DNA of 64,000 nucleotides. Source: Vicugna vicugna (taxonomy: Eukaryota). Of this stretch, positions 38,608 through 50,680 are shown in pieces. Both the position numbers and the translations under genes were made by a program. The DNA is taken from assembly GCA_013265495.1 (NCBI GenBank), contig MU058463.1:930001-994000 (forward strand), given 5' to 3'. Numbering within the stretch: position 1 is the first letter of the stretch; each line of letters opens with the position of its first letter. Below the pieces are notes generated by a model that was not told the DNA's origin, searched no databases, and worked only from the letters and a program-made list of their open reading frames with translations.

Positions 38608-38915
38608 TCCATGGTTATAAAGATGAATAAATTCTGGAGATCTATACAACATAGAGTTAAAACTTCATGTGGTATTGTACACTTAAAACTTGTCAAGAAT
38701 GTAGGTCTCATTCAAAGTATTCCTAACACACACGCGCACACTCACACACACACACATATTCCACCCCCTCAAAGGAATACAAGGATTTCTGAAGCTGATG
38801 GATGCTTTTATTATCTTGTGTGTGGTGATGGTATCATGGATTATGCAATGGCCAAACTTATTAAAATGTGTACATTAATATACAAAAAGTTGCACATATT
38901 TAACATATACCTCAA
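38608..38915 (+). mobile_element. L1 3'UTR end (L1MA/L1MB-type) with internal (CA)n at ~38726-38756
   Basis: 'gatgaataaattctggagatctatacaacatag...tattgtacacttaaaacttgtcaaga...gatggatgcttttattatcttg...ggtgatggtatcatgg'. Confidence 0.85.
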
Positions 38916-41091
38916 AGACCAAAACAAAGACTTTATGGGAAAAGGAAAGAATCCATTTGAACTATTTCCTGGAATTTTTAATATATAACTGTCTAAAAAT
39001 AAGATGCTGAGTCTAGTAATGAGTGATCTTTTACAATATTGCAAAGATTCAAAGTTCTGCTGAATCAGACACACAAATATTTCATGTCCTTTTTCTAATT
39101 TGTACACTTCAATCATATTTTTCAGTAGTTTTCTAATGGAATTTTAAGTTACCCAGAAAGTCCAAAACTCTCAACTTTGAAGTACTATATCTAAACTTTC
39201 CATTAAGTATTTTGCAAGTTGCTCTAAAGTCTAAATGATTCTGCTAATGGCCAAAGTTAGATGTGGGAGTCCTGTTGCCTTGTCTTTTGGGGGCTGTGCT
39301 GGCCTGACACTCTTCTCGGCAGCTAAAGTGTGCTTGGAGTAGATGGAATCATTATCTTTGCTCTGGTAGAGCGAGCACGTAAATCAGGTCTGTCTGTTTC
39401 CCTTTCACGTTGTGCTTTTAATTCATTGTGATAGATTTTGTCTTTCAAGTCAGGCCAGATCTACTGGGATTGATGTGCTTTTCATCTGTCACTCTCTTCA
39501 CACTGTTTGATTAAATTCGTTCCTCTGCTTTCAGAGAGACAGGCTACAAAGCCGAAGTGGCCATTTCTAACTCAGTTGTGGAATTCAGCTTTTTGCTATC
39601 CAAATTCTAGTCATTAGCCTGAGTTTTCATACAAAGGAATCACTGTAATCTGTAAATTTGTCCTCTAATACCCTCTGAAGACAAGAATTCAAAACAAAAT
39701 ACCCTAGTTTGTATTCACAGTAGTTTTATACAGATTATGAAAAATACATTTTGAGAATAGATTTAGTATTTCATTGTATCTTTTGAACAGGACCAGAATG
39801 AAATAAATATAAACATGCTTCAACAAGAGAAGTTGAAAGTCATTATATTACTGTTTTCTCCTGATACATAACTGAAAGGTAAATTGACTTGATAGTGTAT
39901 TAAATTACTGTCATAATTTTCGTTAGTTAGGTTTAAAAAATACTCTAAGAACTAGAGTTTCTGGTTCTGCTAATTAAAGCTAAGTTCAAACTCTTCCTTT
40001 TTTATGCTTTACTTGTTAATCAGTAAGATGAGAGAGCTGAATTGAAGAAAAACTCTGTTATTTTTATTTTTTCAGAAATCTGTGTTCAGTTTATCATGTG
40101 TCCCTGTGTGTATTTCCACATAACTTCTATCTGGACAGAAAATTGAATGGAGATGAAATTTGAGTTACTTTCATAAAATATTCTACTTCAGAGATTTGCA
40201 TTGCTGTTTCTTTTTAAAATATTTTACATGTATATTAAATTTTACACTCTAATTCTTTTTTTAGGCATCTTCAATTTTTGACAAAACTGGGCTCAAATCC
40301 TGGTTTCCAATTCTTGCTATGTAATCTCAAAACATTGTGTGTGTGTGTTTAAAAATATTCCTATATATCTACACATGAAAATATTCTCAGAGTTGGTGTA
40401 AGTTGATCAGTGTAGTATGCAGGACCCAGTAAATGTCCAGTAGATTGTAGTTACATTAAAAATCATGAAGTTTGATATGTCATCGATAAATGACTTTTTA
40501 ATACTAATTTTCTAGAGACTTAATACTGTGCTATTCTTAACTTTATATGCAACATTTGGTTCATGTAGCTTAATTTTTCCTTAATGACAAAACAGTGTAT
40601 CACTAGTTAGTGACACGGGGAGGATTCTGCTGGCAGAAAATATGATTATTAACATAGTTCCTTGTTACTATTCAGGTTAAATTATTTGGAATATGTGTAA
40701 TACATTTTATAATGGTCTGAAGTTAAGTGAGAAGGACTTTCTGGGGATTATTTGTTGTATTTAACTTGTGAGTCATTTTCTGTTAGGGAGAGAAAAGGCT
40801 AGTTTCTGATTGCTACCCAAAAAAACTTAAGCTAAAGAGACATGCAGTTTAACCTTTCTAATGACAATAGTAAAGTTGCTGGAGTGTTGGCATCCACCTC
40901 CCTTCTCAGAATTTCTTGTGCAGAGTACCCGTGTATATTTCCAGTTGACCAAATAATTGATCACATTCACAGACCTCGTGTTTTGTATGTCCTTGCCTGA
41001 AGTTCTTTGGGTTTAGTAGTGAGAAACTGGATTCTTAGGATTCTGGAAGGAATAAATCATCAGCTAGAATATATATAGACAGACGTGTACC

Positions 41092-42000
41092 CAGTGATGT
41101 GCTAGTAATGTTTAACTGCCTGTTTTCTGGAAAGAAGTCAGCATGTATATATGCCCATAGATTTATTATGAGCTTGACTTATCCATAGGATCTGTAGGAT
41201 GAACATTACAAATAATATACAGTATTTCTTATTACAGAGTCCATTGAGTATCACAAAATTATTTTACTGATTTTTGCCTAACTCCTGTATCTGTAGCCAA
41301 AAGACAGTTGTAATTGATGAAATGATGTAGCTCCAGTGTAAACTGTCATTTTATTTGCCTGGTCCCATGTTACATTACATACTCATTTACATTTTTATTT
41401 AAATTAATAAGATAAAAGTGAAACAATGAAAATGTATGTCAGAGCTTCACTTTTTCCACAATCAGATGAATGACTTATTTGCTGCATCTTACAATATTTT
41501 ATGAATATTTTAAAAATTTCCTCAATTTTTGAGCTATTCAGAAATATCTGTAATACCTATATGTAACACACTTTAGTTTCAAATGCATTAATATTTTACC
41601 CATTACTCTATTAAATCTAGACAATTAAAAACTAAAGTTCCAATTTACAGTACTTTCTGATTTCTGTGGTGTAAATACTCCCACCTTGTTAAATTTTCAA
41701 GCTACTAAATTGACATTGAATTCTGCCTTTTGAAGAGATGTGCTGTAACATACCAGTTTTCATCAAATAGGAACAAAAGCCATGAGTAACCTCAAGAGCA
41801 TATAAAATAGTAAAACATAATAAAATAAGTTAAATTACTGCATATTTGATATGTTTATATTTTTTGTAAAATTTTAATGTTCTATTTCCATACTTTAACT
41901 TTTAATAATGGTGTTTAGCAAACTGCTCACAAAATTCATAAACATCTAACAGCTGTCTCTCATGGGCTAGTAAATGCTAGCTAGCCCCAGCACACCACTG
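41092..42000 (-). mobile_element. hAT-Blackjack DNA transposon (MER63C/D-like), apparently full length
   Basis: TIRs 'cagtgatgtgctag' ... 'ccagcacaccactg'; internal 'gtggtgtaaatactcccacc', 'aacctcaagagcatataaaatagtaaaa' match MER63 as I recall it; 8-bp TSD no longer recognisable. Confidence 0.85.
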
Positions 42001-44489
42001 GCTACATCTAACCTTTTTAAGGTAATTAAAAATAAGACTATTTTAATGATGTATACGTGTGAGAAATGTCTACGGAGCTACTAAAGACCAGACAAAGGAA
42101 TAAATCAGCTTTAAACACAGTCAAATCCTGAAAGCAGGTATGTCTCAATACCAGGCAAGTCAGAACTCTCTGACCCTCTTAACCTTTCCCCCTGTCCAAC
42201 TCTTCACACCTGCTGAGCAACCCCAGGCCAGAAGGAGGAAGAGTAGCCACTCCCTGGGCCAGGGAAGGAAGAAGAGCCCATCACACTACCACCCCCTGTA
42301 GCTGGGCTGAGTAAAGTGTCACCCCTAAATCAGATTCAGCATTTTGATTATTAACATAGGGCCAGGTTTACAAATTTCTATAATTAGAAAGTATTTGCCC
42401 ACTTATAGTGAAGTTAGTAAGTAATATTTTGTGAGAGATCTGAGGAGAGATGGTCTTATTACCCTTGAATTTTAAAAGGGTAGACTTAAACTAGAGGGGA
42501 AAAAAACAATGAATATGTTGAGATTAGATCCCACAAGACATAAGTCTAATCTATAGAGTTACCTACTTTATTTCCCTAGATGTCTTGTTTAATCCATCAA
42601 ATACATTTTCAAAATTGGATATCAAGTGTATTTCACATAAAAAGTAAGTTCTGTGGCAATTATGTACGGAATAACTTAGAGGAAAATAACCTCATTTTTT
42701 TGTTTCAAGTGGAAAAATAATGAATGTTTGAAATATTTTGAAATCTTTCTAAACTGTTACGATTAATTGATTTAAAATAACACATTTAAATGCCTCAGTA
42801 TATTTATACCCATCAAGCAATAAGGCAGTAAAACAGAAAAAGATCATACGGATTCAGCTGTGAGTCAAGAGGCAGTTGTACAAGGAAAAAGAATCCTTCC
42901 TTCACTGTGTAAAGTTACTAGCTGTACTTAATTGGGTTGCAGATTTTTTCCTTATTTTTCCTCAGAACATTCTAATTGAGTTTGAAGCTTAATGCTAACT
43001 GGGTAGATTATCATTAAATTTTCTAAGTCATACAGAGATTTTATTAAAAGGGAATAAAGCTAAATGAGAAAGAATAATCCATTTACAACCACTACCCAAC
43101 TACAGTGACTTCCGCGTATAGCTCATCAACTCAAGGAAAAGTACTTCTCTAACATTCTGGTATTTATCAAAAACTGACCATCAGTCAGTATTTGTTAATT
43201 ACAGTTACATATTTTAACAAAATAACTTTAGGAATAATTATTCTGCCTAGGGAATTCCCAATAAAACAAAATCACACAAACAGTTACAATATACATATTT
43301 TAAAATAATAATTTTAATACACGAAGATCAATTTGAGAAATATTGTTACTAATTTACTGATAATTTTTCTGATTTAGTGAGAACTTCTTCCTGAAGCCTC
43401 AAAGTATTTTTGACCCATCTTGTAAAAAAAATGAACATTTCTTAAATAAGAATTTTGTATGAATAAGTTTATATTATGTGGGAAATTGTGATTATAGTGG
43501 TTATACATATAAAGCTGTGAATTATAATAATAAATATGATTTAAGCAGAAGTATTCATACTGGTTTATAGACTTATGTGTAGTGATGATGTTTTAGATGT
43601 ATTTTTATCATGTTAAAATATTTTGTATCCCAAATACAAATTTATCACTGTATTTTGAAGTTATATCAATTAACCAACAAAAACATTTTAGTACAACAAA
43701 TTGGTATTATAACTCTGGGGCATTGTAAACATTTGTTACATAAGTAGTATAGTGTGGAAAACAGCAGCATATAAAAATTACCAGTTATATAAACAATATT
43801 TAATTAATTTGTGAGCCTGTGAAACCTTGAAACTGATGCAAAGACTAAGATCTATAACTTGAAATAAGGAGTCTGCAATAAAAATTTAGACTTATGAGAA
43901 TTTAACATGTTTACCAGTTGATATAAATGCATTGCTTTAGTTCGCTATTTTCTTGCTGAGGCTTTTGGAATATTAATATAACAAAGTCTGAGTGGAATTC
44001 CATAAAAAGGGTATGCAAAAAATAATGTCAGTAACATTTCCTACAGTTTAATAATACTCTTTTCTTACTAGTGATAAAACTTATTTTCAACTCTAATTAT
44101 TTTAAGATTGTATTACATGTAAAGTGAGAAGCCTTGAGGTGTTGGGCAATGCAGTGGCATAGGCCACGTGGTGCTCATTTATGTTATTTATATAGGTTAA
44201 TGGAAGGATTAAGTAAATTTTTATGTATCATTTTCAGAGTGTATACCAGAGCCCCATGAATACAAGGTATTATAATGTTATAATTATTTTAAGGATTAAA
44301 ATCAATCATGCGTATAAATAATCTATAATATCTGCTTCACGACTCTCCTCAAATGTATTTTTTCTCTTCATTTGACTTTCATACATCTACAGATATATTC
44401 ACATAGATAATCATAAAATAAGAAATACTATGCTCATGTCTTCCTTCTTAAAATAATTTGATAATACTAAAATAATTATGAGGTAGGTC

Positions 44490-44680
44490 AGTTAACTAGG
44501 GCTAAAATCCTGGGTCCTCCTCTTCTCACGTGGGTGGCATTGAACAATTCCCTTAAACACAGTACCTCGGTTTCCTCATCTTTAAAATTAGTATAATAGT
44601 TGCTTTCTCTGTTACTACATGTTAATTATTTGTAACATTAACTGGTAAATACTAAGCTCTCAGTAGATATTCTTGTTATC
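44490..44680 (+). mobile_element. MIR SINE
   Basis: 'aaatcctgggtcctcctctt...ttgaacaattcccttaa...tacctcggtttcctcatctttaaaattagtataatag'. Confidence 0.75.
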
Positions 44681-44934
44681 AGGTAGGCTCCTTTTGCAGA
44701 GGTAGGAAAATTATTTTACATTCTATACTTGTTGGCAGGATTTCCCTGAGGGTGATGAATGAGACTCTTTTCTCTCAAGGCTTAAAAGACCTTCTTGAAT
44801 TACTTATTTTATAAATAAAGCAGCAAATAATAAGTGGCTTGGATATTTTCCTTGGGTATATTTCCTTGATGAAAAGCTTGTCTCGATAGAGGGGGAGAAA
44901 TTCTGTATCAAAACAAATTCTTTCTATGTCTGTA

Positions 44935-45208
44935 CAGACAAATTTATGATTACCAGAGGGGAAAGGGGTGGGTGGAGGGAAAAACTGGGAGTTCAGGATT
45001 TGCAGATACTAATTACTATGTATAAAATAGATAAACAACAAGGACTTACTCTAGAGCATAGAGAACTATATTCAATACTTTGTAATAGCCTATAATGAAA
45101 AAGAATATGAAAAGGAAAAAAAATATATGTATATGTATAGCTGAATCACTAGACTTTACACCGGAAATGAACACGTTGTAAACTGACTATACTTCTGTTT
45201 AAAAAAAT
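44935..45208 (+). mobile_element. Younger L1 3' end (ungulate-lineage type), 5'-truncated
   Basis: 'atgattaccagaggggaaagggg...actatgtataaaatagataaacaacaaggac...gaactatattcaata...gctgaatcact...gtaaactgactatacttc' followed by an A tail. Confidence 0.88.
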
Positions 45209-45959
45209 CTTGGAAAATTTTTTTTGAAAAAATTCTGGACTGTAGTACAAAATATAAAGGAAAAAATCCAATTTTAAAATGCCAGCCCATACCACATACC
45301 TCTACTTGTCTATTCTCCCTAAACATGATGAATACAAATGATGTGCTCTTAAATTAGACTAAAGAGCATGTAATAATTTATTGAATCATTAAGTATTTCA
45401 TGAAGGGGGTAGAATGGGTTTATTGTTTATTTAATGTCTATGATGTTAGATTGCTTGGGTGGAAAATAACCAAGCATAATTGAGAGAATGGGTTTAAAGT
45501 ACAGAGGATATTTGAAAGAAGAACACCACTTTTTAGGAATTTTTTTTTTTTTGTGGCAGAAAGAAAAATCTCAGATACTGAAAAAGGTTAGAAAAGCATC
45601 AGTGGTAAATATTATAGTCAATAGTGTACTGTAAAGTGCAGAATTTAAGAAATGAGTCTGAACAGTAAGTAGAATTAAGTGTAGACTCCATTAGTTACTA
45701 AGTAGGTACCTCCCTGATTAAAATAATTATACATTTACACGGTGCCATGTTGTAAGAACACTAATGGAAGGCACAAAGGGTGTTGTTAAAAAAATTATGG
45801 AAAATCACTTCATGTTATATATTCTCTGTATTTATTCATTGTTTCAAAAATCTTTAATACACGTAATCAAATGTTATATTCAGTAGCACATACATGGAAA
45901 TTAATCTTCTGTCAGAAAGCTTTCTCTTCTCTGTTGTGTGATCTTATGTTAAAATGGAT

Positions 45960-47310
45960 AATAGAGTGCAGTATTGGCACAAGAATAAACACATAGATCA
46001 ACAGAATAGAGCTGAGAGTCCAGAAATAAAGCCACACATATTAAGTGATTTTCTACAAAGGTGCTCACTGTTCAATGTGGCAAGAATTGTCTTTTCAACA
46101 AATGGTGCTGGGACAACTGGATAGCCACATGTAAAAAAATGAAGGTAGAACCTTACCTAATGCCGTATACAAAATTTAACTCAAAATGGATCAAAGACCT
46201 AAATATGACTCAAAATTACAAAACTTAGAAGAAACAGGGGCAAATCTTTATGACCTTGAACTTGACAAAGGATCATTAGCTATGACACCAAAAGTATGAG
46301 CAACAATTAAAAAAAGACTTCAATATTAAAACTTGTGCTTCAAAGGACACTGTAGAGAAAGTATAGGTACAACCACAGAATGGGAAAGTATTTCAAATCA
46401 TACATAGAGTAAGGGACTTGTATCTAGAATATATAAAAACTCTTACAACTTAACAACAAAGACAATCCATTTCAAAAAATGATCAAAGGATCTGAACAGA
46501 TATTTCTTTAAGGAAGATATACAGATGGCCAATAAGCACATTAAAAGGTGTTCAACATAGCCATCAGGAAAATGCAAATAAACATAATGAGATACCATCT
46601 CACAGCCTTAGGATGGCTAAAAGTGAAACTGAATTGAAAAGTCAGATAAGTATTAAGGCTGTAGAAATATTAGAACTATCATATATGCAGATAGAAATGC
46701 AAAATGGTGTTACCTCTTCAGAAAACAGTGTGGCAGTTCCTCATTAAATATAGTTATCAAGGGACCCTCCAATATCCACCCTCATTATATACTCAAGAAA
46801 AAAGAAAACATATGCCCATTCAAACACACAAAAATTTTGCAGAATATTTATAGCAGCATTACTAGTAACTCCCAAGTGGTGGAAAAATAAATATCCAGTG
46901 GATGAATAAACAAATGTGGCATAACCATAAAATGGAATATTAGTCAACCCTAAAAAGGAAGAAAGTACTGATAAATGTTAAAACTTGTATGAACTTTAAA
47001 ATCATGATAGAAGAAGCCATTCAAGTGAAGTCCATATATTATGATTCTATTTATGTGAAGGTTCCGAGTAGAGAAATCTATATAGACAAAATAGATTAAT
47101 GGTTGCTTAGGGCTGGAAGTGGGGAAGATTACAAAATAAGAAGCTCACAGTTTAATTGTATAGAATTTCTTTTTGAGGTGATGAAATATTCTCAAATTTA
47201 TTGTGGTAGCACGTATCTGTGAACATACTAAAGTCATTGACTTGTATACTTTAAATGAGTCACTTGTATGGTATGTGAATCTTATTTCAGTAGAGCTATT
47301 TTAACAAAGG
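45960..47310 (+). mobile_element. L1 (L1MB-type) ORF2 C-terminal region + 3'UTR
   Basis: 'ttttcaacaaatggtgctgggacaactggatagccacatg', 'aactcaaaatggatcaaagacctaaat', 'gaaaacagtgtggcagttcct', 'ttctttttgaggtgatgaaatattctca'. Confidence 0.93.
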
Positions 47311-47604
47311 AAAGAAAGGAATAGTATTGCTATGAAGAATGTAGATTTGTTAACACCACAGAGCATACTTTTTGGCCTTAAATCTCCCTGCATTGTATTG
47401 AAGAGCAGTTTCTAGGAATATAGTACAATTTTTAGAGTGCCATCTTTAGAAACCTATAAATCACTTAATTTTCATGGACTTTTACGATGTGACGATATTG
47501 TTCAATGGTACATTTTTATCAAATACGCTAAGATGTGATTTCTTTATCCAGTATAAGTGGTTTAAAAATATGAAATTTTGAGAACTACAAAAGGCAGGAT
47601 ACTA

Positions 47605-47890
47605 ACGTTGTTAGAAGCACCAATTCTGGAACCAGACTTTGGCCAATTATTACTTTTGTGACTTCTTTTGAGGGGAGATGTAATTAAGTTTGTTTATTTT
47701 TTAATGGAGGTTATGGGGATTGAATCCAGGACTTCAATCATGCTAAGCATGCCTGCTGCTAATTGAACTGTATCCTCCTTGCCCCTTTGTGAATTTCAGC
47801 AAGTTTTTCATGAGTTCTCACATATTTAAATTGGAGACAATACTTCCGACTCATAAGTTAGGTAGTAAACTATACATGTAAAGTACTTAG
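47605..47890 (+). mobile_element. MIR SINE split by the tRNA-derived SINE
   Basis: 'gttagaagcaccaattctggaaccagact...tttgtga' before and 'agcaagttttt...gttctcacatatttaaattggagacaatacttcc...catgtaaagtacttagaa' after. Confidence 0.65.
47666..47785 (-). mobile_element. tRNA-derived SINE, camelid Vic-type
   Basis: Minus strand: 'ggaggatacagttcaattagcagcaggcatgcttagcatgattgaagtcctggattcaatccccataacctccattaaaaaataaacaaacttaattacatctcccc' with a B-box-like GGATTCAATCCC; degenerate TSD tttgtgacttc / tttgtgaatttc. Confidence 0.85.
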
Positions 47891-48090
47891 AATGTGAACT
47901 ATGATCTTTGGGTGAATAAGGGATGTCAGACTAGGCTCATTAGTTGTTGCAAACGCACCGTTCTCATGGGGAGTATCGACAGTGGGGAGGGTTTGCTTGT
48001 CTGGGAGCAGAGTGTGTATGCGATCTCTGTAGCTTCCTGTCAATTTTGCTGTGATCCTAAAACCAATCTAAAAATAAAGTCTTAGAGAAA
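47891..48090 (+). mobile_element. L1MC-type 3' end
   Basis: 'aatgtgaactatgatctttgggtgaataa...gatctctgtagcttcctgtcaattttgctgtgatcctaaaaccaatctaaaaataaagtct'. Confidence 0.85.
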
Positions 48091-49717
48091 AATCATCTGT
48101 TTCTAGAAGTTTGAAGCCCTGTTTGGGTTGATTTTACAAGTTGATATTACTCAATAGAAGTCAAATTTAATGTGCCAAGAAATAAAAAGAAACTTCTTGG
48201 TGAGTGTATAATTAGTGGGATGTTTGTTGAAAGGTTTCATGTGAAGATTTCACGAAAAATGTAGCATTTAGGCTGACTATTGAGTGGTGGGTAGTATCTT
48301 TATAGCCGTGGAAGAGATGATTGTTAAAGTCGTCGAAGTTACTGTTTGGTCAGAAATGGAGGGCAACTTTGATACGTTGTGGTATGTAAATCATGAATGC
48401 CGTATTACACTGTGATAAGAGAAAAAATAATGTGGCCCCTAGTAGCATTAGTAAACTATTATGCAATATACTATAATGTAATAGCACTATAACAATAAAC
48501 GTGCAAGGCAGTAAAAGGAAAACTTGAAGTCTGTTAATACCATTTTCTATATTCAACTATCTGAACTCTAGTGATACAAATTAAGGGTCTGTAATAGAAA
48601 AAATATGTCAACTCTTTCAATCTGTTTAAATCTGCCATAGTTTCACTGTGTGGTCACACTCCACATCACAGCATATGAACTTGGTTATTTATAGGTGGCT
48701 GGAAAATGCAACGAATGTGTAAAATACGTTTGTACTTTATGGTAATGCCCTGGAAAATGTGTTCCCCAATTTAAAGAAATCAGCTCCCAAGCAATTCCAG
48801 TCAACTATTTGTATGCAATTTTGAATGATCTGCCTCACACCAAAATAAGGACATTGATGTATTTATATAAAACATTTTGATATTTACATTTGGACAATGA
48901 AATAAGTTTTGTAAAATGCAATATGCAAAAAACCTCACTGTTTATCACATTCGTCCCTCGTGCTGCCTAAAATGTGCTTTATAGTTCAAAAATTTCAAAT
49001 GTTTAAAGAAATCTTTTTATTTTCATCAGTTATTCCTTTCCTATGGAAATACATAGGTTTCACTCCTAAGAGCACTGGTGCCATTTAAGTAATTGGAAAC
49101 ATTGTATAATATATTATTGAACCTTAATTTAAGTCACTTTTTAGGAGCATTGACCTCTCTCCTCTCTGTCACCTCCAGTACTAGTGCGGAGGCAAGTAGG
49201 GAAGGTTTCAGAAGAAATCTGTGTTGATTATAATTGCTTGGAGGGAATGCACCTTTTAAAATTCATCCCTTACCTTCTTTTGCAAAGTGCACTATAGTGC
49301 AGACAAACTTCACAGCATGAAATCAGTTTGCCCTGGGTCAAAGAATAGTCATATGGCATGCAAAATGTAATTATGTTCAGCAGGATACCAGATAATTGGG
49401 ATGTGCATGGAGATATATTTTTATCACTTTCTCTACTGTCTAGTCCTGTTATTGTATTTGTTCCTGAGATGTGGGAGAAGTCATAATACGAGAATCTCTT
49501 TATAGCAATCAGAATACCTATCTGCAAATTCCTCCTGTGCACCAGCTTTATTGGGTGAGTAAGAAAATACAGACATAAAATATAATGCAGGATTCTATCC
49601 CTCTTTCACAACTAAGAATGTAAGGATGTACCTCATAGTGCTCATCCACTCACTTTACAAAAATGTTTTTCTCTAAGGAAAACTGAAAAAGTAATTTAAA
49701 AAATAGTGGCAGAGAAT

Positions 49718-50680
49718 CTTCTGGTTTCAGTTTCTGCATGTAAAGATCTTTTAAGTTACCACTTCTATACTTATAACAAGAAATGACTGGAAAGACTGAA
49801 ATTCAGTGACTTTTCTTGGACTCATTAGAGAACTAAGGTTGCTGGGAAAACCATCACCCCAACATTTGAAAAATCATGCCAATCTGGAGTCACAGCTGAG
49901 ATGTGCTTACCTGGGGCAGAACTTTTGGAGTCATAAACTGGTAGGAACACTTCAATTTCTAGAAGCTGAGTCTAGACCAGGGGGAAAGTGAGAAACGCCT
50001 GTGGTGTCAACAGATTGAGCACGTCCCCTCTCTGTGTGTTCCCAGGACTTAGCCTCTAGGAATGCTACACAGAATTCAAGAAAGATCTCATGGCCCTGGC
50101 AGAGAAGGGGGAAGAGTAACCATTGTAAACCACAGCCCGGGACTCTGCTCTTAACCAACGCCTACTTCCCAGGCTAGAGAACTTTGTCAGAAAGCTTACC
50201 CCAGCAAGGGAAAAGGGAATTCCTTCCCACTTAAGCACCCTCCAGCCTTTCTGTTTCACCTTAAAGGATGAAAATACAGTCAACAAGGAACTGGGATTCA
50301 AAGAAATAGAAAACTGTAGCTACGCACTGAAATTCACTTAGGAGATTATAGAACATTCTTCCTCTCCATCTGTTACCACACCAAAAAAGCTGTAGTGTGA
50401 TGACAGTGGCTTACAGGGGGAAGACAGACCCATAGTCACTCTAAGGGGCAGCATACAGGCAATCCCAAAGACGAAAGACCGAAACAAGCACACTAGAGGA
50501 ATTGGAAGCTTCTGGCACCCATACCTACAGCAAACATTAAAAAAAGCCCAACTCCTATCTAACGTAACATAAATTCTCCCACTAAAGGCCCTTGTATGTC
50601 AGTTTCTATTATGTAATAAATGTCTAGCAGTTAGCAAAAAATTTAAGGCATGCAACAAAGCAAGAAAAAAAAATCAGTCT
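49718..50680 (+). mobile_element. L1 5'UTR (L1MC/L1MD-type), related to the copies at 32316 and 34536
   Basis: 'cttctggtttcagtttctgcatgtaaaga...aacaagaaatgactggaaagactgaaattcag...agagaactaaggttgctggg'; 'gcccaactcctatct...taaaggccc...tcagtttctatt' parallels 33133-33200. Confidence 0.78.

Noticed and set aside
42080..42500. GC-richer block possibly an ancient Gypsy-type LTR (similar impression at ~25060-25600)
   Set aside because: I could not identify termini, a TSD or a confident family match by eye; it needs a Dfam search.
47700..47785. tRNA gene
   Set aside because: The tRNA-like head is degenerate and is followed by a SINE tail and TSD, so it is a SINE rather than a functional tRNA.
49274..49332. 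Minus-strand candidate micro-exon (…gacccag|GGCAAACTG…AAAGAAG|gtaagg) with one open frame GKLISCCEVCLHYSALCKR, and the 14-bp palindrome tgcactatagtgca at 49288-49301
   Set aside because: The polypyrimidine tract is weak, there is no recognisable protein similarity or partner exon, and a few 14-bp palindromes are expected by chance in 64 kb.
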